This document shows positions 1 to 11,474 of a DNA stretch of 64,000 nucleotides, piece after piece (position 1 is the stretch's first letter; each line of letters opens with the position of its first letter). Under the pieces are notes generated by a model, which was given only the letters and a program-made list of their open reading frames with translations, ran no database searches and was not told the DNA's origin. Origin of the DNA: Eukaryota sp. TZLM1-RC (taxonomy: Eukaryota; Protista; Metamonada: BaSk clade). Made by a program: the position numbers and the translations under genes. The stretch covers positions 310,001 through 374,000 of the forward strand of contig JAUPSS010000008.1 in NCBI GenBank assembly GCA_040285825.1, read 5' to 3'.

Positions 1-1665
1 CTCTGTGACGCCAGTGGTTCAAAGAATAGTGCTTGTCGGGCCAGGGTTGCGAGGTATCTGGGGTTAGTTTTAGCTGTGCATTCTCCCCCAAGTTTGGCGA
101 GGTTTGAGGACAACCTAATGAATGCAATCACGGGACTCCTTTCAGACGCTGTTCCTGAATGTCGTACAGTAGCAAGAAGCTCCCTTTGGCTGCTTGAACG
201 ACATTTCCCCGGCATTGCTGACGAAGTTTTGATGTCTATTGATAACCATCAAAGAAAAGCAGCTCTACAAGAAAAAAAGAAGATCAATAATAGGTTAAGT
301 GGGGAAGCTTTGATTGATTTGGTTGGCGAGTTGTACATACCATCGCCTTCTGAAACAAAAGTGCCGATTCTTGGTTCACATTTAGGTTTGGATGATGAGT
401 CCATATTGGCTCGGGGCACTATTGGTACAGCATCTTTTGGTTTGGATAGTGGAAGGATGGAACATGTTGAAAAAAGTCAAGAAAAAAGTCAAGAAAAACG
501 AGGTCCTAGGAGAAAGGTAGCTTCTGCTAGAGTATTGCAGTCAAATCAACAATCAAATCAACAATCAAATCAACAATCAAATCAACAATCAAACCCTGAA
601 TATTTCGACGATAGAAACCACTCTGAAACTCTTCGTCGTTTGTCAATGAGGTTCTCGTCCCAAGCCAGCTCAACGGCCCCGTCTGTTGACCGTTCACCAT
701 CCCCTTCACCAATGCCAACTACCTCCCCTTCACCCAAACCAAACAGTTATGATGAACCATTAAGGAGTAACCCTGTAAGTAACAAGAAGAAAATAGTTTC
801 TATGGTCTCTGAAGCATTGCCCCCACTGACCCCAAAAACACCAGCAATCGCTTTAAGGCAATCAAAATCATCTGGTTTCCGGTCAACAATCGACTCTCCC
901 GTTGTAAATAACCAATCAGATTCGTCATCTCTACCAGATATCATTTCTCTATTAAAACAAGACTCGGAACAGCGGCGTAATGCTTGCACCAGGTTAATCT
1001 CTGTTTTGAATGATACAATTGATGAAAGCCAATGGTCTCTTCATTTTGGGCAGGTTGTTTTAAATTTACTAAATTTATTAGATGACCAAGATTCCACTGT
1101 ACGAGAACTTGGCCTATATACTATTAGGGAAATTGCCCGTAACGAAGATGTTTGTTTCTTTTTGAATGAGTTTTCAGAAATTGTTCTTCAAAAAGTAATC
1201 AATTTAACACGGGATTCTATAATAGAAGTTTCTGATGCTGCTGACGATTGTGCAGAAGAACTTTTACATTCAATAGATGCAACCACGGTGTTTCCTTTGC
1301 TGGTGCCTATCATTGTTTCCAGTGAAGAAGATGCTATTAAGGTTTGCTGTATACGTCTGTGTGGCTTGTGCTTGGCAAGCTTGGGTCCTAGCATTGAATA
1401 CCAATTCTCCAACGAATTGGCCTTGTTGAGTAGTGCTCTTCGATCAGAACTTAATCATGCAGATGCTTTGGTAAGGAAAACTGTGGTGTTTTGTTTTGTG
1501 GATCTCTACTTTGCTCTAGGCCCAAAGTTTTCAAGTCACATTCAGGGACTCAATCCCACTCAAGTACAACTGATCGGTGTTTATGTTCTCAAAGAGTGTA
1601 GGAGCAGAAATGAAGAATGTTTGGTTTCTGAATTGAAAGAATCTGTTCGTGGATTGAATTTTTAA
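1..1665 (+). CDS. CLASP: CLIP-associating protein (CLASP/STU1 family), 5'-partial
   Basis: Frame is open from base 1. TOG/HEAT segment (LSDAVPECRTVARS), S/P-rich linker, and C-terminal CLASP HEAT domain (VRKTVVFCFVDLYFALG...QVQLIGVY). Confidence 0.8.
   Translation, partial: LCDASGSKNSACRARVARYLGLVLAVHSPPSLARFEDNLMNAITGLLSDAVPECRTVARSSLWLLERHFPGIADEVLMSIDNHQRKAALQEKKKINNRLSGEALIDLVGELYIPSPSETKVPILGSHLGLDDESILARGTIGTASFGLDSGRMEHVEKSQEKSQEKRGPRRKVASARVLQSNQQSNQQSNQQSNQQSNPEYFDDRNHSETLRRLSMRFSSQASSTAPSVDRSPSPSPMPTTSPSPKPNSYDEPLRSNPVSNKKKIVSMVSEALPPLTPKTPAIALRQSKSSGFRSTIDSPVVNNQSDSSSLPDIISLLKQDSEQRRNACTRLISVLNDTIDESQWSLHFGQVVLNLLNLLDDQDSTVRELGLYTIREIARNEDVCFFLNEFSEIVLQKVINLTRDSIIEVSDAADDCAEELLHSIDATTVFPLLVPIIVSSEEDAIKVCCIRLCGLCLASLGPSIEYQFSNELALLSSALRSELNHADALVRKTVVFCFVDLYFALGPKFSSHIQGLNPTQVQLIGVYVLKECRSRNEECLVSELKESVRGLNF
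538..594 (+). repeat. 12-bp coding tandem repeat (CAATCAAATCAA; QSNQ x~4.7)
   Basis: Directly visible tandem array inside the CLASP linker. Confidence 0.9.
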
Positions 1666-2232
1666 GTTAATTTTTAATTTTAAGGATTGATTTTATCAAA
1701 AGTTTACTATTAAATTTTGGTTTTGTAATTAATAAATTATTGCTATTTTAGTTTATGTAAGGTATCTATCATACTGTACAATACTTTTACTACCTCTCAA
1801 TTTTTTACAAATGACAAGACACTTTGGAAAAACGGTAATATGATTCTACAAAACAAAAAATAGAAAATCCAATAAATAAAAACAAGAAAATTATGAGGCT
1901 AAACAACAGTAGAGCTACTGATCTTCTATTCCTTGAGCAGAGATAGAGTCGCCACTGTTGGATGCGCGATGACTGCTAGGATGTCTTCTCTAACAGTTGA
2001 TCAGATACTTTGTTGATCAACACATTGAAGTGCTTTCTGGACATGATCTACCTTATAATTATCAAACTGGATGTCCCAGGTACAGCCTTCATTCAGCAAT
2101 CTTATTGAGAAAATGATTCGTCTCTCTGTTTTACAACTTTTCCCTGCATCTGCAGATGTGCAGGGCAAATCACTTCATTTGCGCTTTGTGGTACAATGTT
2201 GAGTCTGCTTTTGTTCCTTGTTGCTCTACGTT

Positions 2233-4018
2233 ATGTGGCACTTCCAGTATGATTTTATTCATTTCCTCAATTAACTGTAGGTCCTTCGAAGCACCATCTT
2301 CCCCATTGCTCAAAGCTCTACGGAACCTTTCCTCTTGTGATGAAGAGTTTACTGCGCGTAAATCATTGTCTCTGAGACGAGCTAGTACTGGGGATGAGCA
2401 CTCTCCTGGTAAAACCCGTTCCCGCTTACATCGTACTTATGCTCCTCCTCAATCACAGTCACCTGCTAGTATTTATTCCACTCTCTGTCATCATGCTAAA
2501 GTCCCTCTTCATAATGTTATTTTAAAAAAGTTGTCCGCTTTTGATTCCAATACCGTTTCCTCGCTCAACAAGCTGTCCATCTGTCATCAAGCGCTTTCTG
2601 ATGCTGATGTAGCGTTACTCTGTCGATCGCTCTCTGCATGCTCTTCTCTTCAGGAAATTTCTCTCAACCACTGTTCCCTGTCCAACAATGCCTCCACAAG
2701 TGTAGCTAATCTTGTTTACTCAACCACGAGCCTTTCAGTGGTGGAACTCTTTGGTAATGATATTGGTGATGCTGGAATGTATACTTGGTCTTCGCTTCTG
2801 TGCTCTTGTAGTCATATAAAAAGACTCAAGTTGGGAGACAATCCAATCACGTCATCAGGGGCAATCATTCTGTCGAAGGGGTTAAGAACCCCCCAATCAA
2901 GTCTATTACAACTTCATTTAGGTGGATGTAGAATTGGAAGTGAAGGTGCTGATGCTTTAACTGGAGCTTTGATTGGAAATAGTACACTTTCCTCTTTGGG
3001 ATTGAGGGATAATTACCTGGGAGTCAAGGGAATTCTCGCAATCAGTCCATTAATAGCTTCTCCTCTGTGTTCTTTAATGGATATTCAATTGAAGAGCAAT
3101 AACATTGACGTTGCTGGTGCTCTTCATTTCTCCAGAGCCCTCTCCTCAAACACATCTTTAAGAGTAATTGAGGTGCAGAACAATTCTTTTGGTAGCCTTG
3201 GAGCAAAGTACATTTTGGATGCTTTAAAGAACAACTCGACAGTTTCAGCAATCAATTTCAACCAATGTTCAATCAATGACGATGGAGTTGCCGAACTTGC
3301 GTCTTTAATTCTCCACTCTTCAACACTTTGTACTTTGGGTTTAGCAAACAACAACATTACTGAAGAGGGTGCCAGGCATTTAGCATTTGCTTTGACCAAT
3401 AATTCATCAGTAGTTGGGGTAGATTTAAGTTGTAATAGAATAAAAGACGATGGAGCAGTTGCCTTTGGTCAGATGATAGGTCATAATCAAACCTTGACCT
3501 CTCTTGACCTCAGTTCAAATTTGATTGGACCTGATGGAGTTGTTGTTATTAGTAAAGCTTTGGAAATTAACCAAACTCTAAAGCATTTGGATTTAGGCAA
3601 TAATTGTTGTAGAAACAGAGGTGCTATTGCTCTTTCTCAAGCTTTAAAGGTTAATCAATCACTTACAAGACTTTGTTTGACTGATAATTCTATTTATGAG
3701 CCGGGTGGAATTAAACTTAGTGAAGGTCTCAAATTCAATAAAACCTTGACTACATTATCATTTGGTGGTCAAGGAGAACGGGCAAACAGAATTCAGTCAT
3801 CAACAAGAAGAATTATTGATAAAATGGTCAGTAAGAATAGTCAAAATAATCGCAAGCATCAGTCAAACTTTACAAAATCTTTAATTGATGAAGTTTTGGA
3901 AAATAGGTCAATTAGGCAAGGATATGAACTTGCTTATGACTGTGGTCTTTTAGAGTGTCTTGATCTAGACATTGACATGGTAAGCACTTGCCTTGACGAT
4001 GAAGATATTGTATTTTAA
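2233..4018 (+). CDS. RNI-like leucine-rich repeat protein (NLRC3/LRRC-like); probable intron 2247-2280
   Basis: Many 28-aa LxxLxLxxNxIGxxGAxxL repeats. A 34-nt GTATGA...TTAACTGTAG intron joins ATG 2233 in frame to the long ORF. The start is uncertain. Confidence 0.75.
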
Positions 4019-4111
4019 ATGTATTAAATAAAAATGTAAATGAACTTTATTACTTATTACAGAGATTGATCAAAAATGTTTGAAATAAATTTAATAGTTT
4101 GTGAAGACACC

Positions 4112-7100
4112 TCACCTTCTTTCAGGGGGCCGCAAGCTATGGATCTTTACTTCATGACTTATTTCTTCTGGAACAACAAACTCGTTTGGTGTGATCAAGA
4201 TAGTTTGATGAACATAGCGATTGTCTTTCTTATCTAATCCAGCCCTAATTAAATGATCAAATGTAAGGTTGCGGTGGTAAGAATCTTGGTAAACATCAAA
4301 CTCATCTAGACATTTGATAGGATGAACCAAAACAGCTGAACAAGCCTTGAGAAAGGCAATTGTGGTAACGGACCTCTCACCGCCAGAGAGATTGGACACT
4401 TCTAATGGGCCTCTTCCGGTATCGACGAAGAGAGAAATACTTTCAGATTTGAGATTAATTTCAGCGAATGCAAATGCATTTTTCTTCATCACTTGCAAAT
4501 TTTCTGAAAACCTATTTCTAAAAGTAGTAAAGACGTATTCTTTCCACTTATTGTAATTTCTGTCTGCAGTGACACACTGCTCACTAAATTCGATTGATTG
4601 CTCCTTGACACTAAGAAATCTAGATGTCATATCATTATATTCCAAAAGACAATGTTCGGTAATTTGGCTTTGTTCAGCAAAAGAAATATTAAATTGAGAT
4701 TCTCCTCTTTCAATTGAAATAAAAAGAGAATTAATTTCATTTTCAATATCGGATTTATCTTGAGGCGAATAGTTGGAAAAATCTATTCCTGGGCAGTGAC
4801 ATGTCAAAAAGTCCAATTTTTCAGCAAGTTTGGCACTCAACTCAGTCAAAATAATTTCTGCTGAATGAATTTGATCAGACAATTGACTAATTTTTGATAG
4901 ATGTACGGCAATCTGTTCTTTGACTTTGTTAATCTCAGTCTTAAATGCTTCAAAAATTGCATTTTTTTCTTCAAATGAAGCTTTTAGTTCAGCAAAAGCA
5001 TTTTCATGCAAAAGAATTGTATCTTTTCGACTCATCACATCAAGCTCCAGCTTTTGAATATTGGAGTTGGATTCTTCCATATTCGACTTTTCCTTGATAA
5101 TACTGGAATTCAACTCATCCAATTTCTTTTGAGTTTGCTTTATCATATTATCAATGAAATCTTGACTGAATTCTGATAACTCCTCTCTTAAGTTGTCTAT
5201 TCTTAGCTGAAGTTCTCGTTTTTGAGAGTCGGTGTTATCAATTTCTCTTTTGATTTTAGCATAACCTTTTTTAAGCTTGTGAGCAAAATCTTGCTTTACT
5301 TCCAAGTCACCAGATAAACTCTCTTTTGCCCTTTCCATATTCAATAACCTATCATTTAACCTAGCAACATCGCTTTTGATTTCAATCAATTTTTGATTGA
5401 ATTCCGCTTCCCTTTCTTCACTATTCTCCTCTCGTGAGGCCCTTTTCAGAGCTAGCAGAACGACCCTATCTGACGTGGGAAATTTGGAAATATTACCACT
5501 TCCAACTTTTGAACATGTCCAATCTCGACAGCTACCTTCAAATTTTCCTATTCTCTTATGTTCTTGACTATCATACATTACAGTTTTCAAAGCATTAGCA
5601 TCGCTAGCAAAGAATTTCTTATAAGGAACCACTCTTTCAATAAAAGAATTATAAATTAAGTTTAAATCAACAAAATCATTGATATAATCATGATAAACAA
5701 ACTCGATAACAGTATCTGCTCTGGCAACATTAGAGAACCCATTTATGTTTAAGCATATTTGAGAATTTAAAATGATTTTCTCTTTATTAGAATAAGTCAT
5801 TATTCTTAGGGATCTGAAATGACGTCTGCTAATTTTCAATAAAAGTTCTAAATCGTGAGAATTTTGGACCAGAAAAGAGTTGACCAGGTTGGAAAAGGCA
5901 AGACTGGCTGAATGGAGAAAATTTGGGTCATTCACATTAAAAAAGCAACCAATTGGACCAAAAACGGGCTGTTTGAATAAATTTCTTTGTTTACTAGAGG
6001 TTAACTCGGTCAAAAAAGATTCAGCATTTTGACCTAATGGGGCAAGAAAACGTTTGACTGATGCCAAATCTTTTGAAGGATATGGCCAAAGTTCATCAAT
6101 GCTGAGGCGATCATCCATTAGGTCGGCTGATCTAAAAGACTGTAATTTTTGCTCAACCTCAGACTGTTCAGAGAGCAGAGTGTCACGTTTTTGTGACAAG
6201 CCAAATATTTCAGAAGAAACGTTGTTGAGCTCTTCCCGGGTACTATGGAGCTCTTCTACAGCAACTTGATACTGGGAATTTTGCAGTTCACATTCAGCAA
6301 TCAAATTTGATTGATTTTCTTGGAGACTACTGAAATCTTTCAAACTCTTTTCTAGCTCTTGATTGAGCTCTATTGCCCTTTCGTCGAAATTCTGAGCTTG
6401 TAAATTATCCAGCTGTTGAGAAAGTTCAGCATGTGAAGACTCATATTGATCAAGTCGTTGGCAAGACATAGAGAGACTCTGTTTTTCACCAGTAAGAAGG
6501 GAATGTTCCCTGTTCAACTCTTCTTTTAATTGAATGATTTCGGAATTAATTTCTACTAGTTTAGAATTGATTTCATCTCTTTCTTTGAACGCCACATCTA
6601 AATTTTCTTTCAACTCATCAGACACAACAGGACAATCTTCTTGCAACTGATGCAGCTTCCCCACCATATCATCATAAGCAAGTTGCTTCTCCAAAACATT
6701 TTCCTGTTCAATCAAATAACTGACGATATCAAGTTCCATTTGCTTGAATTCTAACAATCTTCGGTTCCTAGCCAGATCAGACATTGAGAGAAGCTTTTCA
6801 ACTTCCAAATCAGATTCTTCTTTCAATCTCCTACACTGTCGTCTGCAATGAAGTATACGACCTGGAACTGCTTCTTCTTTTAGTTTAGCAGCCTGTTCGA
6901 GCCTAGCTTCCATTGACCTTAACTGAGAAGCCTTTGCGATGAACGAGAATAAATCCTTACCGTCATTTGAAACAAAAATCTTCATATCATCTTGACTTAG
7001 CATTTGAAGGGGGGAAGAAAAGTCAATGGAAAGCTTGTTGAAGAGAAAGTTTTTAATGTCACAAATTCTGGTTAAATGGATGTTCCCTCCTCTTAGAGTG

Positions 7101-7450
7101 GTAGTTTGAAGCGCTCCATTGACGTTCTTGCTTATTTTCTTGTTTAAAGACACGCTGCCATCACATTGATGGAAGAGGGGATGGTCGGTGGGAAGTGTGA
7201 TGATACAGTGAAGTTCCGCCTGACAATTGGGGTTTTTGGAGTTTATATAATCGGCGAGCGTGGTGGAGGAGTGGTGACGGCGTTCTGAACATCCAAAAAG
7301 AAGTGTAAGAGCATTGAGGACCGATGACTTACCGGAACCATTTCTGCCCGTAATTATGTTTACAGCAGGTGTGAAGTCAATGGTGAAGTGATCATGGCAC
7401 CGAAAGTTCTTCAGTGTAAGACTCGAAATATGGACAGAGTCTGTAGACAT
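4112..7450 (-). CDS. SMC6: Structural maintenance of chromosomes protein 6
   Basis: LKNFRCH, Walker A GRNGSGKS, coiled coils, hinge GPIG, signature LSGGERS, Walker B LDEFDVYQD. Confidence 0.88.
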   Translation of the reverse strand: MSTDSVHISSLTLKNFRCHDHFTIDFTPAVNIITGRNGSGKSSVLNALTLLFGCSERRHHSSTTLADYINSKNPNCQAELHCIITLPTDHPLFHQCDGSVSLNKKISKNVNGALQTTTLRGGNIHLTRICDIKNFLFNKLSIDFSSPLQMLSQDDMKIFVSNDGKDLFSFIAKASQLRSMEARLEQAAKLKEEAVPGRILHCRRQCRRLKEESDLEVEKLLSMSDLARNRRLLEFKQMELDIVSYLIEQENVLEKQLAYDDMVGKLHQLQEDCPVVSDELKENLDVAFKERDEINSKLVEINSEIIQLKEELNREHSLLTGEKQSLSMSCQRLDQYESSHAELSQQLDNLQAQNFDERAIELNQELEKSLKDFSSLQENQSNLIAECELQNSQYQVAVEELHSTREELNNVSSEIFGLSQKRDTLLSEQSEVEQKLQSFRSADLMDDRLSIDELWPYPSKDLASVKRFLAPLGQNAESFLTELTSSKQRNLFKQPVFGPIGCFFNVNDPNFLHSASLAFSNLVNSFLVQNSHDLELLLKISRRHFRSLRIMTYSNKEKIILNSQICLNINGFSNVARADTVIEFVYHDYINDFVDLNLIYNSFIERVVPYKKFFASDANALKTVMYDSQEHKRIGKFEGSCRDWTCSKVGSGNISKFPTSDRVVLLALKRASREENSEEREAEFNQKLIEIKSDVARLNDRLLNMERAKESLSGDLEVKQDFAHKLKKGYAKIKREIDNTDSQKRELQLRIDNLREELSEFSQDFIDNMIKQTQKKLDELNSSIIKEKSNMEESNSNIQKLELDVMSRKDTILLHENAFAELKASFEEKNAIFEAFKTEINKVKEQIAVHLSKISQLSDQIHSAEIILTELSAKLAEKLDFLTCHCPGIDFSNYSPQDKSDIENEINSLFISIERGESQFNISFAEQSQITEHCLLEYNDMTSRFLSVKEQSIEFSEQCVTADRNYNKWKEYVFTTFRNRFSENLQVMKKNAFAFAEINLKSESISLFVDTGRGPLEVSNLSGGERSVTTIAFLKACSAVLVHPIKCLDEFDVYQDSYHRNLTFDHLIRAGLDKKDNRYVHQTILITPNEFVVPEEISHEVKIHSLRPPERR

Positions 7451-7669
7451 TCAAAGTCTTGTTATGACATTTGTGGACAATTAATTACTGTGCTAATTTT
7501 CAAATTCGCAACACCCACCCACCCAATCAACAACCACCCTTCTTATCAGTATCTCAAGTTGCAAATCAACAGTAAGAGAGTTGTAGTAACACACTATGAT
7601 GTAGTTTCTTCGACAATCACTACAAAGTCAACATCGAGGGTCCTACCCTTGTGGATACACCGTGACCTT

Positions 7670-9849
7670 CTCTGTCGTACTCAAATCCGATCAGGATAGA
7701 CCAGGGCTATGCGTATCCTAAGGTTGTCTCTCAATTTTATTCATAACCTTTTTAAATAAACATCATTGTTTCTTGTTCCTTCCTATTGTCTACACAAGCA
7801 TGGTGGGCAACCATAGAGTTCTGGCCATAACCCTGCACACTTGCGTATGCAATTATTCTTTGCTGCTGATATATCTCTATCATACACTTGATGACATGCT
7901 GGACAAAGTTTGTATAGTCATACTAGGGTTAATTTTGCCTCACGATGGCAGCAGCATGAGAATTTACTGGTGCCGAATTCATTGGTCATTAGCACTATAA
8001 TGTTTCTCTGGCATTTTAGCTATGCAATGAAGCAACGGGCAAATTCGTATCGTTGTACTTTTTTGAAACGACCAGGAAGTTTTGCAGCGCCGACAGCTAA
8101 ATATAGCGTATCTGGGTATCCTGCTACTCGTTTAAATTCATTTAATGCCTCTTTGAATCTTCTTTCTTTTCCTCTACGGTTGTCAAACTGCAGATATTTT
8201 CACTTGGCACGATTTCCTTCCCTATATATTCTGTCTTTAACCAGTATCTAATGATTCATATATAGTTTCATACTATAAACTGAATACTGACAGAGAGACA
8301 TTTTGTGAGGTGAAGGTTTTGTTTTGAAGCTTCTTGATGTTGGACATGGTATGACTGCTTCTCCGTATTCCTTCCAGAAACCACATAAGCGAGATTGTCC
8401 CGGGTCCACACCGTCAACAGGGTGTATAGGATTGTGCTCAATGGGAGGTGCTTCTGAGGACCTCCTGGATCTCCTCTTTTTTCCAGCAGCCTGAAATTTA
8501 ACACTTTGAGTGATCTGGTTGGTAGAAGGATCGTTAGTCACCTCTTCTTTGGTCCTTCAACGCCCTGGTGCCCTTTCGTTAACCTCAGAAAACGTAACTA
8601 GAATCTCGCTTCCATTGCTTCTTACTGTTGTCTCACTGAACTTACTTTTCACCTCAACATTATTAATACCAAAGAATGAATGAGGACAAGTTTTGATTAC
8701 CCTTTTTAGATTAGCATCAGTACAATAAATTGAAGTGTATATTTGAGCTCCTTCCATTAAAAATTCGTGATGATTTCGGAACTGTAGGCCACTAACTAGC
8801 AGCAATTTAGGGTTGTTGTGGGATGCTAATAAACTTGATTTTATGCGTACGCCAACAGAAAGAAAAACGTCTTAGCTCTCTGCTTAGATGATCAGCTAGA
8901 CGCATGTTGAATCCCATTAGGTCATCATTATGCTGACTACAGAGCTCGACATGATTGGACGTTGTCAATATTTCTTCAACAATAGGACATTTATTCAGAA
9001 GTTGTTCTAAGTAGCAACAAACCAGAAACATTACTGTTTCTGTTGGATGGTGTCCAAATTCGAGATTGAAATAAACCTCCACATAGATGTTCAAATTAGA
9101 ACGTTGATTGAAGAATCAATAAAGTCATCTTGGAACTCTTTATTCAAATTCCTGCCCTACAATAAGCCTTTAGACAATTTTTCAACCAAAATGAGCACAT
9201 TTTTGGCAGTGATGATTTGAAATTTGAAACAAGGTTTTTTAAGCGTATAAAAAAATAGCTTGTGACTGTTGTGACATTAACTGAGGAACTGTTGTTTGAT
9301 TCCACCGAGTTATTAAAAAATAAATGAAATTGCTGATATTAATACTAATGATATTAATTTCTCCATCATAATGGATCCTGACCACATCATAATCTTCTGT
9401 AGATTTAAAACTGGTTTTTTCGGGCATAAGTGACAAGACATCATTGTAAAACAGTTGCTTCAGTTGTCTTTGCCCTTTTGAGGTACCCATATTTGTAACC
9501 CATCCCTTATTGGTAATATTCATAAATAAATACCACCCATCATATTTCAGTGCAGCTCGCCTGCATAAGGGAAAATGCAGAATAAACAATTGTAAACGCA
9601 AGAAAACCTCATGGCATATTTCAGTAACTTTTGGGATGTCATTGGAAATGGTCTCCACTGCAGCAGGTGTAAGCAAAGAGTTGAGAGCACAAAACCGGGT
9701 AAAGGTTTTGTTGCTCTCTCTGGTACAACAACACGTTCTAGTGTTCTTAAATACGGTAGGCTTTCACTGTTTTTCTTTCTTAAAAGTAGTTTATTGTGTA
9801 ACTGTTGTCGGTTGTTGGGTTTCAATTGGTTTGACGTCACTTTTCTCAT
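7670..9849 (-). pseudogene. Decayed near-full-length Fanzor1 (TnpB-like RNA-guided nuclease)
   Basis: Ordered fragments across stops and frameshifts: KVTEICHEVFLRLQLFILH, TVRSNGSEILVTF, RuvC-I DGVDPG (~8400), LYLAVGAAK, RuvC-II VLMTNEFGTSKFSCCC (~7950-7995), GCPPC, RNNDV. Confidence 0.78.
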
Positions 9850-10251
9850 TCAAAACTGAACTTACCTTTATTTACATTTTACCTGGTCATCTCAAGTTCA
9901 GTACTTTCAAAAACTGGCTGCAATAAATAATCTCAACAATCATTTTTTAAACTACATGCTGTCACTTGAACGTATTGGGGTTTGAATGTATCTTATTTCT
10001 TGATATCGAGTATCCATTCTTCCTTTATTTTACCTTATCCTGGACAATTAATTATTTTTTGACTTAAAATGTCAAACATAACACTTTCTGTGCAACAAGA
10101 AACCGCTAATTAATAACTTGCCAGTGTTTGGCACAAATGCTCGGTTATTTTCCACTCTTATTTAACCCAAACATGACAGCGTTGTTCATTTGGTGTCTGA
10201 CTACTTCGGCTAAAAACAAAATCAAAAAATGCAATGCACCTTTATCCCAAC

Positions 10252-11355
10252 TGATGCCGTTAGGCAGATGAACACACGAAGGAGAGAGAGAAATCTGTTG
10301 TTTATTAATAAAACTGATTCATAAATGAGTATCACGTCATCAGTCGAAATACAAAGAAACCTACTAATTCAATTTGAGTTCAACAACAACACTACTTTTT
10401 CCCACTTTTCTGAGGACAAATACAGTACTGGCTCAATAGAGGGAAGATATGGGGTTTGTTAAACTCTTTGGTGCATCGTTTGTGTGACACAAATAATTTA
10501 CCTCATGTTTGATTTTAGATGGACAATCGCGGGAGATGTGTCCAGGCTTGTGGCACTTGAAGCACGATTGATTTTTTTAAATCCTGAGAGCGCCAAGAGG
10601 ACCTCGTTTTAGTGCCAGCCGTACGTTCCACATCATTCACTGAGGTTTTGAAACCACGAGTCCATGAAGCAACCCTAGAGCAGTCCAACAGCTCATCAGT
10701 AGTGGTTTCGACAAGAGAGTGAAGATCTGGGAATACATCATCTCGAATTCTCGCTAGTAGAGAACGTTGAAGACCTACGGGAAGAATTCCTCTGGCAAAT
10801 CGATTCAGAAAAGCTGTGTCTGGTAACTTCAGTCCGGAAGCCCTACTCTTTACCTGGAGGAAACGTCGCAGGTAACAGGACATACGTTCTCGGACGTCAC
10901 CAATACGGACATCAAGCTTCAGTTCTGACATAGCCAGACTAAAATCTTCGTACGTGGCGAACGATACGACAGATTGAAGATGTCTAAGAAGAACATCGTC
11001 ACTGGAAGAGACGTCGGATTTCTGGAGAGATAGGGACTCTAACAGAAAAGAATCGACCAAGAGTCTTGCTGGAACAAGCTCTTTCTTAGAAGTCACAGAA
11101 GAATAGATCTTCCACTCTTGTAGGAACAAGAGAACACTTTCAACTTTCATGGAAGAAAGAGACGGGAGGTTGACAGAAGGAACAGTCATCTGAAATAAGA
11201 AGGGCCAATAATTATTGATGCCGTTAGGCAGATGAACACACGAAGGAGAGAGAGAAATCTGTTGTTTATTAATAAAACTGATTCATAAATGAGTATCACG
11301 TCATCAGTCGAAATACAAAGAAACCTACTAATTCAATTTGAGTTCAACAACAACA
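10252..11355 (-). mobile_element. Gag-only mini LTR retrotransposon (1104 bp)
   Basis: Identical 140-bp TG..CA LTRs at 10252-10391 and 11216-11355; 4-bp TSD CAAC; polypurine tract GAAAAGTGGGAAAAAGTAG before the 3' LTR. Confidence 0.92.
10433..11189 (-). CDS. Retrotransposon Gag with CCHC zinc knuckle (+1 frameshift in an A-run)
   Basis: 224-aa capsid-like ORF. CFKCHKPGHISRDC lies in the +1 frame after TTTAAAAAAA (~10575). Confidence 0.8.
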
Positions 11356-11474
11356 CAACCTGGTAATGTTGAGTGCATAAAATATTAGCTGTTTCTCTGA
11401 TGTTTCTCTTTTGGAATACTTGGTATGAGACTCCTCGAAGTTGTGAAGTGTTTACTAAAAGAAAGATGATATTG

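Noticed and set aside
538-594. CRISPR-like array or telomeric repeat
   Set aside because: Spacer-less 12-bp coding minisatellite inside CLASP.
10570-10580. Programmed -1 frameshift in gag
   Set aside because: The zinc knuckle is in the +1 frame; a single extra A in a homopolymer is the simpler explanation.
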